Shown here piece after piece: positions 1-8,484 of a stretch of 39,365 nucleotides of DNA. This stretch comes from Methanocellales archaeon (GTDB lineage: Archaea; Halobacteriota; JAWCLZ01), in assembly GCA_038850285.1 (NCBI GenBank), contig JAWCMA010000001.1, forward strand, positions 124,261 to 163,625. Direction: 5' to 3'. Within the stretch, counting starts at the first letter, position 1. Each line of letters opens with the position of its first letter. The notes under the pieces were generated by a model. The model saw only the letters and a program-made list of their open reading frames with translations, ran no database searches and had not been told where the DNA came from. Both the position numbers and the translations under genes were made by a program.

Positions 1-428
1 GAGGATCCCCCTGGTACTCTTTCGCGATCCCATGGATTTAGCACTGCACCAAAATAGCTTGTTTCATTTGAGCTACCCATTGCAAATTCATCCATATTTG
101 TTTTGCCAATGATAATAGCGCCCTCTTGCTTCAAGCGCTCCACAACTGTAGCATCGTAGGGCGGGATGTAGCCAAGGAGTATTCTAGAGGCGCAAGTGGT
201 TTGAATTCCCTTCGTTGAAATATTATCTTTAATTGCAATTGGTATGCCTGCGAGTTTGCCTTTAATTTCACCTCTATCAAACTTTTTAGCTTGTATAAAT
301 GCAGATTCTCTAGCTAGGGTGATGTAGTCATTCAGTTTATTCCTCGCTATCCTTTCGAATACCTCAATTACAATTTCTTCTGCTTTCCTCCCGCTTTTAT
401 ATTGCTCTTGAATTTCTTTTATGGTCAT
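1..428 (-). CDS. gatA: Asp/Glu-tRNA amidotransferase subunit A, 5' part (truncated by window edge)
   Basis: Not in the ORF track. Manual translation from ATG at 428 (ATGA overlap with the gatC stop) gives [10 protein letters not shown]...[27 protein letters not shown]...[36 protein letters not shown], an amidase-signature GatA N-terminus. Confidence 0.96.
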   Translation of the reverse strand, partial: MTIKEIQEQYKSGRKAEEIVIEVFERIARNKLNDYITLARESAFIQAKKFDRGEIKGKLAGIPIAIKDNISTKGIQTTCASRILLGYIPPYDATVVERLKQEGAIIIGKTNMDEFAMGSSNETSYFGAVLNPWDRERVPGGS

Positions 429-709
429 TGCACGATCCTCGGTCCTTTTATAAAGTTATCTTCTTTCCTAGGGGCTATTGCGAGCACCTCTTTTTGACTC
501 AGCGACTCCTTAGGTATATCATCTCGGAAGACATTGATCAATCCCAGCACGTGGAAAGTTGGCTCTACATTTGCTTCCACTTGATCGATGATCTTAAAGT
601 ATTCAAGGATAGAGCTAAGCTGCTTAGCATACTCCTGCTTTTCCTCCTCGGATAGCTTTACCCTAGCGAGCCAAGCCACGTGTTCTATATCCTTCTCAGT
701 TATCACCAT
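425..709 (-). CDS. gatC: Asp/Glu-tRNA amidotransferase subunit C
   Basis: 94 aa with [21 protein letters not shown]...FRDD...[14 protein letters not shown]; directly upstream of gatA. Confidence 0.96.
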   Translation of the reverse strand: MVITEKDIEHVAWLARVKLSEEEKQEYAKQLSSILEYFKIIDQVEANVEPTFHVLGLINVFRDDIPKESLSQKEVLAIAPRKEDNFIKGPRIVQ

Positions 710-2043
710 TTTTTAACACCTTCCTCAATGCAAGCTAGGTATCTTTCAACTCCCATTTTTCCTGAGAAGCCATTTTTCCTCGCAATTGTTTTTAAAGCAA
801 CGTGCATCCCGCTGCCATATTGCATGGATTTTTTATCTCTCCAAGCAATTTCTCGGGGAATGAATTCTTCTGCTACTTTTCTTAAAATATATTTGGCAAT
901 ACCGCCTTTTCCATTTTCACAAACTTTTATTTTAAGCTTTGGATCGAAGCTGAGCACTAGGTTTATTAGGTCTTTATCTAGAAATGGCATTATTAGTTCC
1001 AGGGAATTTGCATTTGCTATAGCTACATCTCTCTCAAGATTCTCCCTTGCAATGTTTTTAATATTCTTAAAAAGCTCGCTCTGCAGCGCAGCCTCTCCTT
1101 GCTTATTCAATATATCAGTGTATCTTCTATACCCCGCGAATAGCTCATCGCTTCCTTGCCCTGAAACTGCCACTAAAATGCCCTCCTTCTTCATGGCTTG
1201 CATTGCAAAGGAAAGTGCAAGTCCTAGTTCAACTTGCATGGGGCTGGAGTTTTCTATGATATTAATTACCTCGGGTATCTGTGCTTCAATTTCATCAAGC
1301 TTTATCTCCACCACCCTTAATTTATCCTCCATTCCCAGTGCTCTAGCACTCAGCCTCGCTTGCTCTAAATCATGTGAGCCTGCAATACCTGTGACATATA
1401 GCTTTGCACTGGGGATTTTAAATGCGAGCAGCGAGCTATCGATGCCGCCTGAGAATAGTATTCCTGCATTCTTTAATTTTCTCAAGCGAATCTCAATTGC
1501 TCGATTTAAAGCTTTTTTCAGTAATTCAAAGGCTTGTTTTTCATCTTGGATCAGCGTTGCTTGTTCAAAAATTCTTTCCTCAATGATTTCAATTTCCTCA
1601 TCGTAGATTAATATGCTCCCGGGTGTTAATGTTTTTATATCTTTTATTGCAAGCGCGCGGAGCATTGCTTTCTCGGAGGCGAAGGCAAATTCAGTGGTAT
1701 CGAAGCCATAGTAAAGCGGCTTTACTCCAACTGGGTCGCGAGCTATCAGCAGCTTTCCCTCCTTTATTGTGGCTAAGGCGTAATCTCCATTAACCCTCTG
1801 CAAGCTATCCTTGAAATTGTCTAGAGATTTTATAATATTAATATTAGTATTAATATCTATATCTCCTTCATAAAAACTGCCATCTAAGGCGAAGCCTGGT
1901 GATTCAATTTCTGGTGAAATCTGAGCTATTGCCATTCCTTGGTTTTCCCAGATTTTTCTATTCCCTTGATATTTAGAGGCTAAGAGCATTTTAACTGCTT
2001 TTGCTTTGGCGTCTTTTCCAAGGTAGCCGCAGATTGGAGCCAT
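703..2043 (-). CDS. asnB: Asparagine synthetase B-like protein (synthetase domain intact, Ntn glutaminase domain degenerate)
   Basis: ARDPVGVKPLYYG, FAFASEKAML, PP-loop FSGGIDSS, SGQGSDELFAGY, PFLD and KYILRKVA...IAWRDKKSMQYGSG motifs. Confidence 0.85.
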   Translation of the reverse strand: MAPICGYLGKDAKAKAVKMLLASKYQGNRKIWENQGMAIAQISPEIESPGFALDGSFYEGDIDINTNINIIKSLDNFKDSLQRVNGDYALATIKEGKLLIARDPVGVKPLYYGFDTTEFAFASEKAMLRALAIKDIKTLTPGSILIYDEEIEIIEERIFEQATLIQDEKQAFELLKKALNRAIEIRLRKLKNAGILFSGGIDSSLLAFKIPSAKLYVTGIAGSHDLEQARLSARALGMEDKLRVVEIKLDEIEAQIPEVINIIENSSPMQVELGLALSFAMQAMKKEGILVAVSGQGSDELFAGYRRYTDILNKQGEAALQSELFKNIKNIARENLERDVAIANANSLELIMPFLDKDLINLVLSFDPKLKIKVCENGKGGIAKYILRKVAEEFIPREIAWRDKKSMQYGSGMHVALKTIARKNGFSGKMGVERYLACIEEGVKKW

Positions 2044-2067
2044 GCAAATTCAGTTGAATTGTTTAGG

Positions 2068-2238
2068 CTAATATAAATTTATTTCTGAGTCTGAGTCAAA
2101 ATCAGCATTCGGCTCATAAGACTTGTGATGGGGGCATTCCTTCTTTGTGCATTCCCAGATTTGCAGGCACATATCCATTGTCCTGTAAATTGCATCTGGA
2201 GTGGGACATTTTTCTTCTCTGTAGCAGCAGTTAACCAT
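2068..2238 (-). CDS. Small Cys/His-rich hypothetical protein (56 aa)
   Basis: Below the track cutoff. MVNCCYREEKCPTPDAIYRTMDMCLQIWECTKKECPHHKSYEPNADFDSDSEINLY; purine-rich AAGGTAA upstream, TATA-like TTTATATA at 2321-2314, ends 24 bp before asnB. Confidence 0.55.
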   Translation of the reverse strand: MVNCCYREEKCPTPDAIYRTMDMCLQIWECTKKECPHHKSYEPNADFDSDSEINLY

Positions 2239-2364
2239 TTTTAACTTTACCTTTCTTTCCTTTCTTTCCTTTCCTTTAATAATTTTACAAATTATAATAT
2301 TTTTTTATAATTGTATATAAATTTTTACCATAAATTATAGACTTTACCATAGACTTTACTTTAA

Positions 2365-2380
2365 CCAAAACATTTAATAT
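2365..2380 (+). promoter_or_regulatory. BRE/TATA-like promoter of the candidate sRNA
   Basis: CCAAAACA followed by TTTAATAT (2373-2380), about 24 nt before the 5' end of the terminal stem at 2404. Confidence 0.45.
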
Positions 2381-2403
2381 GCTGAGTCATGGAGTATTTT
2401 TTG

Positions 2404-2489
2404 GTAGGGCTCTGGTAAGTGCAAATGTTCACCTCCTTGCCTCTTCGTTTACCAACCCCCGACGATTTTTGCAACCAATAGAGCCCTGC
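2404..2489 (+). ncRNA. Candidate structured small RNA with anti-SD loop
   Basis: Terminal stem GTAGGGCTCT (2404-2413)/AGAGCCCTGC (2480-2489); inner stems GGTAA/TTACC and GCAA/TTGC close a loop containing TCACCTCC; GC-richer island in an AT-rich spacer. Confidence 0.5.
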
Positions 2490-2536
2490 AAATAATTTTA
2501 AATAGAAGGCTTTAAAATAGTTTTTAAATACCTCGC

Positions 2537-2848
2537 ATGGAAATAGAATTTAAACTCTGGAAGGAAGCGGATGAAAGCATCAAGCAAAAGACCGCAAGTT
2601 ATGGCAATAAATGCAGGGGAGTAATGGGCTCAATTACAGATACAGATAGAGGGACGATTGAGATTTATTTGGATAACATCGCAGGATATATAAAGCAGCT
2701 TTCCAAGGGTGAATTTGAGATGTCATTTCTCCCATTCATCATCGAATTAGTGCTAGTGCACGAGATCTGCCATTTATATTCCCAGGTAGACGATGAATCT
2801 AAAGTTTGGTTCATAACCGATGCGATTAGAAGAGCGAGAATACTTTAG
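2537..2848 (+). CDS. Hypothetical protein with HEXXH (minimal zincin-like) motif
   Basis: 103 aa; IEIYL strand followed by helix VLVHEICHL and a later acidic DDE; TATA-like TTTAAATA near 2497-2504. Confidence 0.65.
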   Translation: MEIEFKLWKEADESIKQKTASYGNKCRGVMGSITDTDRGTIEIYLDNIAGYIKQLSKGEFEMSFLPFIIELVLVHEICHLYSQVDDESKVWFITDAIRRARIL

Positions 2849-2853
2849 GTGTT

Positions 2854-2881
2854 TCTTCTAATATGGATCTTCTAATATGGA
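2854..2881. repeat. 14-bp perfect tandem duplication
   Basis: TCTTCTAATATGGA x2, spanning the oppF stop codon. Confidence 0.85.
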
Positions 2882-3798
2882 TATAGCCAACATGCAGCCA
2901 TTTGCTTTGCATTTATCCGCCGGAGGGAGGGCTCGCTTAGCCTGCAAATCTCAATAGCCCGCGGGCACCTCGGGAGAAATCTGCAGCCAGTTAAAGCGGG
3001 AGAAACAGCTGTGAAACTAGCAATTTTTTCAAGATTCAGCTTTGCAGCATCAATCAAAGCTTGAGTATAGGGATGGACTGGTTTTCTAAAAACGATCTCG
3101 GTTTCTCCCGATTCCACAATTCTCCCTGCATACATAACTGCTATTTCCTCAGAGATGAGCTGCACCGTGCCTATATCGTGGGATATATAAATCAACGAAA
3201 GTCCCATTTTTTCCCTCAGCTCTAGAAATAGCCTTAAAATTTGAGCTTGAATTGAAATATCAAGTGCACTCAGCGGTTCATCGGCAATTAATATCTCTGG
3301 ATTTACAGCAAGGGCCCTAGCTATAGCAACCCGCTGCTTCTGCCCTCCGCTTAACTCATGGGGGAATCGATTTGCGCTCTCGCTCTCCAAACCAACTTGG
3401 TGAAGCAGCTCTTCAATTTTCTCTCCATCCTTAAGACCGTGAATAAAGCGTGCTTCAGCAATTATATCACGCACTCTCATCCTAGGATCAAGAGTTGAAT
3501 GTGGGTCTTGAAAGATCATTTGAACTTCTCTTCTAAATTTTTTAACCACTTCCTCACTGGCACTGGATATATCTATACCTCTTAGCAGTATTCTTCCTGC
3601 AGTTGGTTTTTCTATCAACACCATGGTCTTGGCCAGCGTGGTTTTACCGCAGCCACTTTCCCCAACTATCCCAAGTATTCCTCCCTTAACTATGTTCAAT
3701 GAAATACCATCCAGTGCTTTAACATAGCCCACTACTTTATGAAGCAATCCCCTTGTGATTGGATAATATTTTTTCAAATCAACAACTTGAAATAGCAC
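2872..3798 (-). CDS. Oligopeptide/dipeptide/nickel-family ABC transporter ATP-binding subunit (OppF/DppF-like)
   Basis: GESGCGKTT, LSGGQKQR, ILIADEP and C-terminal GCRFLPRCP...C...AAC. The track start at 3861 overlaps the upstream gene; GTG at 3798 is more likely. Confidence 0.93.
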   Translation of the reverse strand: MLFQVVDLKKYYPITRGLLHKVVGYVKALDGISLNIVKGGILGIVGESGCGKTTLAKTMVLIEKPTAGRILLRGIDISSASEEVVKKFRREVQMIFQDPHSTLDPRMRVRDIIAEARFIHGLKDGEKIEELLHQVGLESESANRFPHELSGGQKQRVAIARALAVNPEILIADEPLSALDISIQAQILRLFLELREKMGLSLIYISHDIGTVQLISEEIAVMYAGRIVESGETEIVFRKPVHPYTQALIDAAKLNLEKIASFTAVSPALTGCRFLPRCPRAIEICRLSEPSLRRINAKQMAACWLYPY

Positions 3799-3799
3799 T

Positions 3800-4741
3800 T
3801 CATTCGAAGAGATGACATGCCACATATCTATTTTCAACCTCGAATTCAGCTGGCATTTCAAATTTACAGATATCTCGAGCTATGCTACATCTAGGAGCAA
3901 AAGGGCAGCCTGACTTAACATAGCTTGCTGTTCCAGGAATGGTTTTCAGCATTCTCTTTGCTTCCATTTTAGGGAGGCATTCCATTAGTGCTTTGGTGTA
4001 TGGATGCAGTGGAGAGCTTAATACCTCTTTAGTTCTACCTCTCTCCATGATTTTGCCACCATAGATTACAGCTACATAGTTCCCAATTGCCTCCACGATG
4101 CTGAAGTCATGGGTTATGAAGAGCAAGCCCATTTTATTCTCCACCACTAGATCCTTCAAAAGCTTGAGAATTTGAGCCTGCATCACTACATCTAGCGCAG
4201 AAGTAGGTTCATCTGCAATTAAAAGGGAGGGAGAACAGGATATAGCACTGGCAATTAACACTCGCTGCCTCATCCCACCTGAGAATTGATGGGGATAGCT
4301 ATGAATACTCATCTCAGGATTGGGTATGCCAACTTTTTTCAATAAATCTATAGCCTTCTCCCAAGCATCTGATTTACTTAACTTAAGATGTTCTTTCATC
4401 TGCTCAGCTATTTGCTCCCCAATCTTTAAAACTGGATTTAAAGAGGCCATTGGGTCTTGAAAGATGATGGAAATTTTCCTCCCTCTTATCCCCCTCAGCT
4501 CTTCCTCAGATAACTTCAATAAATCCCTACCCTCAAATAAAACTTCTCCTCCTGCAATTTCCCCAGGTGGATCTATCAAACGAAGCATTGAAAGCGCAGT
4601 TACACTCTTGCCACTGCCGCTTTCACCAACTAGGCATGTTATATTTCCTTTTTCAACTGAGAAGGATATCCCATCCACTGCTTTTAACACGCCTTCATAG
4701 GTATGAAAATAGGTCTTCAGCTTTTTTACTTCAAGCAGCAT
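3800..4741 (-). CDS. Oligopeptide/dipeptide-family ABC transporter ATP-binding subunit (OppD/DppD-like)
   Basis: GESGSGKSVT, IFQDPMASLNP, FSGGMRQR, LIADEPTSALDV, GCPFAPRC; SD GAGGTG just upstream. Confidence 0.95.
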   Translation of the reverse strand: MLLEVKKLKTYFHTYEGVLKAVDGISFSVEKGNITCLVGESGSGKSVTALSMLRLIDPPGEIAGGEVLFEGRDLLKLSEEELRGIRGRKISIIFQDPMASLNPVLKIGEQIAEQMKEHLKLSKSDAWEKAIDLLKKVGIPNPEMSIHSYPHQFSGGMRQRVLIASAISCSPSLLIADEPTSALDVVMQAQILKLLKDLVVENKMGLLFITHDFSIVEAIGNYVAVIYGGKIMERGRTKEVLSSPLHPYTKALMECLPKMEAKRMLKTIPGTASYVKSGCPFAPRCSIARDICKFEMPAEFEVENRYVACHLFE

Positions 4742-4764
4742 TTCACCTCTCTACCTCTTTATCT

Positions 4765-5685
4765 TTACCTCATTAAAGCTCTTGGATCGAGGGCATCTCT
4801 CAGTCCATCGCCTAGGAAGTTGAAGGCAAGTACTGTTAAGAAAAGCATAACCCCAGGCTCAACTGCCATCCACCAAGCCGTGGTTAAAGTTCTCTGTCCA
4901 TCTTGCAGCATCTTGCCCCAGCTGAATATATTTGGATCACCCAAGCCAATGAAACTTAAACCTGATTCTGCAAGGATTACACCTGGAATTGAAAGTGTGG
5001 CAATCACGATTATCAAACTCGCTACATTAGGCAGTAGATGTCGAAAGATAATCCTCTTCTCAGAAGCCCCTAGAACTTTTAAGGCAAGGATGAAATCTCT
5101 ATTTCTAAGTGAAAGCACTTCGCTTCTAATCATCCTAGCGGTACCAGTCCAGCCTGTGAGTCCAATTATCAATATAATTAAACCTAGGCTTTGGCCAAAT
5201 ATAAAAACCATTAACACCAATAAAATGAAAAAGGGAAAGGTCATCATTACATCTGTAATTCGCATCATCAAGTTGTCAATCATCCCCCCATAGTAGGCAG
5301 AGGCTACGCCAATTAGCGTGCCTGTTAAAATCGCTAAAGCTGTAGCTAGAAGGCCCACGAAAAGCGATACCCTAGTTCCACTTATAAGCATAGCTAGCAT
5401 ATCCCTTCCCTTATCATCAGTTCCCAGTGGATGTTCCCAGTTCCCGCTCAGGATTATCCTTTCAATCTGCTTAGTCTCAGGGTTATATCTAAAATGCTCG
5501 ATAGAGCAGCCCAGAGGTGGCAGTTCTTTCTTCTGGAAATCTATCCTCGCTGGGTCGCAAGTGAATAAAGGACCTAATATTCCAGTTAAAATTAAAAAGA
5601 TCAAAAAACCTAGACTTATTAACGCAGCTTTACTCCTCTTGAACCTCTTCCAGTAGAAGAGCAGCAGACCATCCATTTCAATCAT
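4765..5685 (-). CDS. ABC transporter permease (OppC/DppC-like)
   Basis: HPLGTDDKGRD, RHLLPN, ESGLSFIGLG, FNFLGDGLRDALDPR. Confidence 0.95.
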   Translation of the reverse strand: MIEMDGLLLFYWKRFKRSKAALISLGFLIFLILTGILGPLFTCDPARIDFQKKELPPLGCSIEHFRYNPETKQIERIILSGNWEHPLGTDDKGRDMLAMLISGTRVSLFVGLLATALAILTGTLIGVASAYYGGMIDNLMMRITDVMMTFPFFILLVLMVFIFGQSLGLIILIIGLTGWTGTARMIRSEVLSLRNRDFILALKVLGASEKRIIFRHLLPNVASLIIVIATLSIPGVILAESGLSFIGLGDPNIFSWGKMLQDGQRTLTTAWWMAVEPGVMLFLTVLAFNFLGDGLRDALDPRALMR

Positions 5686-6643
5686 ATCTAACCCTCGGAT
5701 CTATATAGGTATAGATTAGGTCAGTTGCAAGATTAACCAAGAGGATTATGAAAGCTGAGATAACCGTAACAGCCACCACTATCGCGTAATCGCCAGCAAA
5801 TATGGCATTGAATGAAATCCAACCAAGACCGGGGATTCCAAATATAATTTCAGTGAAATAAGCACCAGCAAATACCATTGTACCTAAGTCGAACATTATT
5901 ATAGTGATAATTGGAAGGAGGGCATTCCTCAAGACATGCTTGAATATTACAGTATTCTCGCTCAATCCCTTTGACCTTGCAAATTTAACAAAATCCTGCC
6001 GCAAGCTATCCAACATTGAAGCTCTAACATATCGAGAGTAGCTTGCAATTGCACCTGTGCTTAAAGTTATCACTGGTAACACAAGAGCCTTTAGATTTTG
6101 AAGGGAAAAAATGGGAAGAGTAGTGTCATAATAAGTCTTGAACCATCCAAGTTTAACTGAAAATATCAATATAAGCATAATGCCCAGCCAGAAACTCGGT
6201 ATGGAGATTCCTATATAGGAGAGAAAAGTGGCAGTGTAATCAACTTTGCTATATTGCTTTCTAGCACAGTAGACTCCTATTAATATACCCAGCACTATTG
6301 CCAAGACAGTGCTCATAGCCACGAGTTGAAAGGAATAAATCCAGTGGATTTTAATCAATTCTATAACTGGCATTGAAGTGGAGAAACTCCAGCCGAAGTC
6401 TCCCTTGAGCAAGCTAAGGATATAATCCATATATTGCTCCCAGATGGGTCTATTCAATCCATATTTTACTTCAACTGCTGAGACGATCTCCTCAGGCGTG
6501 CCTCTAACCCCCAGGGAAGCTAGGTATTTATTAACCGGTGAAAGAGGGCCTGCTCTCACGATTATAAAGGTAATGGTAAGTATTCCAAATGCAATGAAAA
6601 GTGAATATAAAATTCTCCTTAGGATATAGCTCTTCAGCGTCAT
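5678..6643 (-). CDS. ABC transporter permease (OppB/DppB-like)
   Basis: YILRRIL, YGLNRPIWEQY, GDFGWSF, ARSKGL, HVLRNALLP, DLIYTYIDPRVRY; ATG at 6643 overlaps the upstream stop. Confidence 0.95.
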   Translation of the reverse strand: MTLKSYILRRILYSLFIAFGILTITFIIVRAGPLSPVNKYLASLGVRGTPEEIVSAVEVKYGLNRPIWEQYMDYILSLLKGDFGWSFSTSMPVIELIKIHWIYSFQLVAMSTVLAIVLGILIGVYCARKQYSKVDYTATFLSYIGISIPSFWLGIMLILIFSVKLGWFKTYYDTTLPIFSLQNLKALVLPVITLSTGAIASYSRYVRASMLDSLRQDFVKFARSKGLSENTVIFKHVLRNALLPIITIIMFDLGTMVFAGAYFTEIIFGIPGLGWISFNAIFAGDYAIVVAVTVISAFIILLVNLATDLIYTYIDPRVRYD

Positions 6644-8382
6644 TTCAGAAAATACCATTGATGCAAGTTCCAGCCAATTCTTATCCCAGGATCTATACCC
6701 TGCACTTCTTTTTTAATGCCCACATTAGCTAGCTCAAATGCTAGGAAATCCACAGGCTGATCCATTGCAATTACTCTTGATAGCTCTGCATATATCTCTT
6801 TTCGCTTTGCCTTATCAAGGCCTTCTTTTGATCTTGCTCGATTGAATAACTCATCAACTTCTTCATTGAAATATCCCCAGAAGTTCAAACCCCCATCACT
6901 AGTGAAGAAAAGCCTAGAGCCAGATGGTGCAATTGGATTGGTGCTGAAACCTATGACTATCATATCCCAAGGCTCTTCGCTTACCGCGTATCTTCCATTA
7001 TTAAATGAAGGCGGCATCTTTGAATTTGGAATGGTATTCCTCAGGTATTTCTCCAGTAGAGTTGCCCAAGGGAGAAAACTGACTTTTACCTCGATTCCAA
7101 GTTCCTTGAGCTCCTGCTTTATAAACAAGCAGACATCCTCCCTTGTCTTATTCCCGGAATTGGTATAGATCTTCAAAGCTGGAATAATGCTATATCCAAT
7201 ATCCACTAGTTTCTGCTTGGCTTTTTCTTTATCATAGAGCTCATCAACCCCAAACTTCATAACCCCCTCCTCGGTATACCAAGGTGATGATTTAGGGATG
7301 AAGCTAAAAGCAGGCTCTCCAAATCCCATTAGGATTTTATCTATCAAGGTTTTCTTACCAATTGCCAGTGAAAATGCCTGTCTCACCTCTCTATTCCTCA
7401 ATCCCTCCCAGCCATTATTTCGGAGATTGTAAGCAAGTAAAAGATAGCCAGTGGTGGGATAGGTATACACCTGCAAATGCTTCATTTCCTTGAATCTAGC
7501 CACTTGATCTGGATCTATCCCAGCGGAAGTGATATCACCCGCTTCCAAGGCGGCATTAAGGGTTGCAGGGGAGCCGAAGATTTTTACAATATACTTCTCA
7601 AAATATGGATAAGGTTTGCCCTCTGCTTTAGAAAGGTAGTAATCAAAGTTCCTCTCAGTTACATATTTATCATTCCTAATCCACTCCTTGAATTTAAACA
7701 TCCCCAGATTTCCAGTGTAACTCAAGGTATTGAATTCCTCGGCTTTTATGAAAGCTTCTACCCTGCGCTTCTCATCTTCAATCTGCACGTATTCCTCTGC
7801 AATATGCTTGGGATAGGGAGTTAAATTGTGCAGTACATTATCCAAAAACTCTGGGTCAATGGTTTTCCGCTTAATTTGAAATGCTATTTCATTGATTTTT
7901 TCCACCTCAACAAATCGCTTCTCCCCCTCCACTTCTTCCCTCCAGTCATCTTTGTAATTATAGGGCAGCCAGTCGCTCATCATTAAATTTTTAATGGTGT
8001 AAACATAGTCATCAGCGGTGACATTTCTCCCATCGCTCCACTTTAAATCGTTTCGAATGGTAATGGTATAGGTCAAGCCATCCTCTGATACCTCTATTTG
8101 CTTGGCTAAATGGCGGAGGTGAATGTTAAATTGATTATCATAGATAGCTAGGGAATCCAAGCATAGACCGGCATATGCGAAGGAAGCGCTATCCGCTGCT
8201 AAGATCCAGTTCAAAGTTTCAGCATCGCCAGCAGAGGTTCCAGATATATAAGTTCCATAGACCTCTGGCTCTTTCTTCAAAATATGCTCATCTCGCTCTC
8301 GCTCTAAGCAATTAAAACCAATTGCACTCAATCCAAATATTCCCAATTTTGCACAGAGCTTTAGAAAGTCTCGCCTTCGCAT
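6640..8382 (-). CDS. ABC transporter family-5 substrate-binding lipoprotein with Tat signal
   Basis: MRRRDFLK twin-arginine motif, hydrophobic stretch and Cys (AIGFNC); SEDGLTYTITIRNDLKWSDG...TADD family-5 signature. Confidence 0.93.
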   Translation of the reverse strand: MRRRDFLKLCAKLGIFGLSAIGFNCLERERDEHILKKEPEVYGTYISGTSAGDAETLNWILAADSASFAYAGLCLDSLAIYDNQFNIHLRHLAKQIEVSEDGLTYTITIRNDLKWSDGRNVTADDYVYTIKNLMMSDWLPYNYKDDWREEVEGEKRFVEVEKINEIAFQIKRKTIDPEFLDNVLHNLTPYPKHIAEEYVQIEDEKRRVEAFIKAEEFNTLSYTGNLGMFKFKEWIRNDKYVTERNFDYYLSKAEGKPYPYFEKYIVKIFGSPATLNAALEAGDITSAGIDPDQVARFKEMKHLQVYTYPTTGYLLLAYNLRNNGWEGLRNREVRQAFSLAIGKKTLIDKILMGFGEPAFSFIPKSSPWYTEEGVMKFGVDELYDKEKAKQKLVDIGYSIIPALKIYTNSGNKTREDVCLFIKQELKELGIEVKVSFLPWATLLEKYLRNTIPNSKMPPSFNNGRYAVSEEPWDMIVIGFSTNPIAPSGSRLFFTSDGGLNFWGYFNEEVDELFNRARSKEGLDKAKRKEIYAELSRVIAMDQPVDFLAFELANVGIKKEVQGIDPGIRIGWNLHQWYFLK

Positions 8383-8484
8383 CCATTCCTATTTTTTATC
8401 TATCGATTGTTAAAGCTTTTTGGTTATTATTATTAAGCAAAGGATGGGAAACAGTTATCTTACTCGAATTCTCATAGCTCTTCA

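Noticed and set aside
680-1606. 308-aa plus-strand ORF and the many other antisense ORFs in the track (e.g. 4703-5293, 9465-9839, 27542-27883, 36335-36655)
   Set aside because: They shadow well-supported genes on the opposite strand, are Ser/Leu/Phe-rich and lack motifs.
2404-2489. tRNA, C/D-box or H/ACA RNA interpretation of the structured element
   Set aside because: No cloverleaf or T-loop, no C/D boxes, and no clear K-turn or ACA tail; kept only as an unclassified sRNA candidate.
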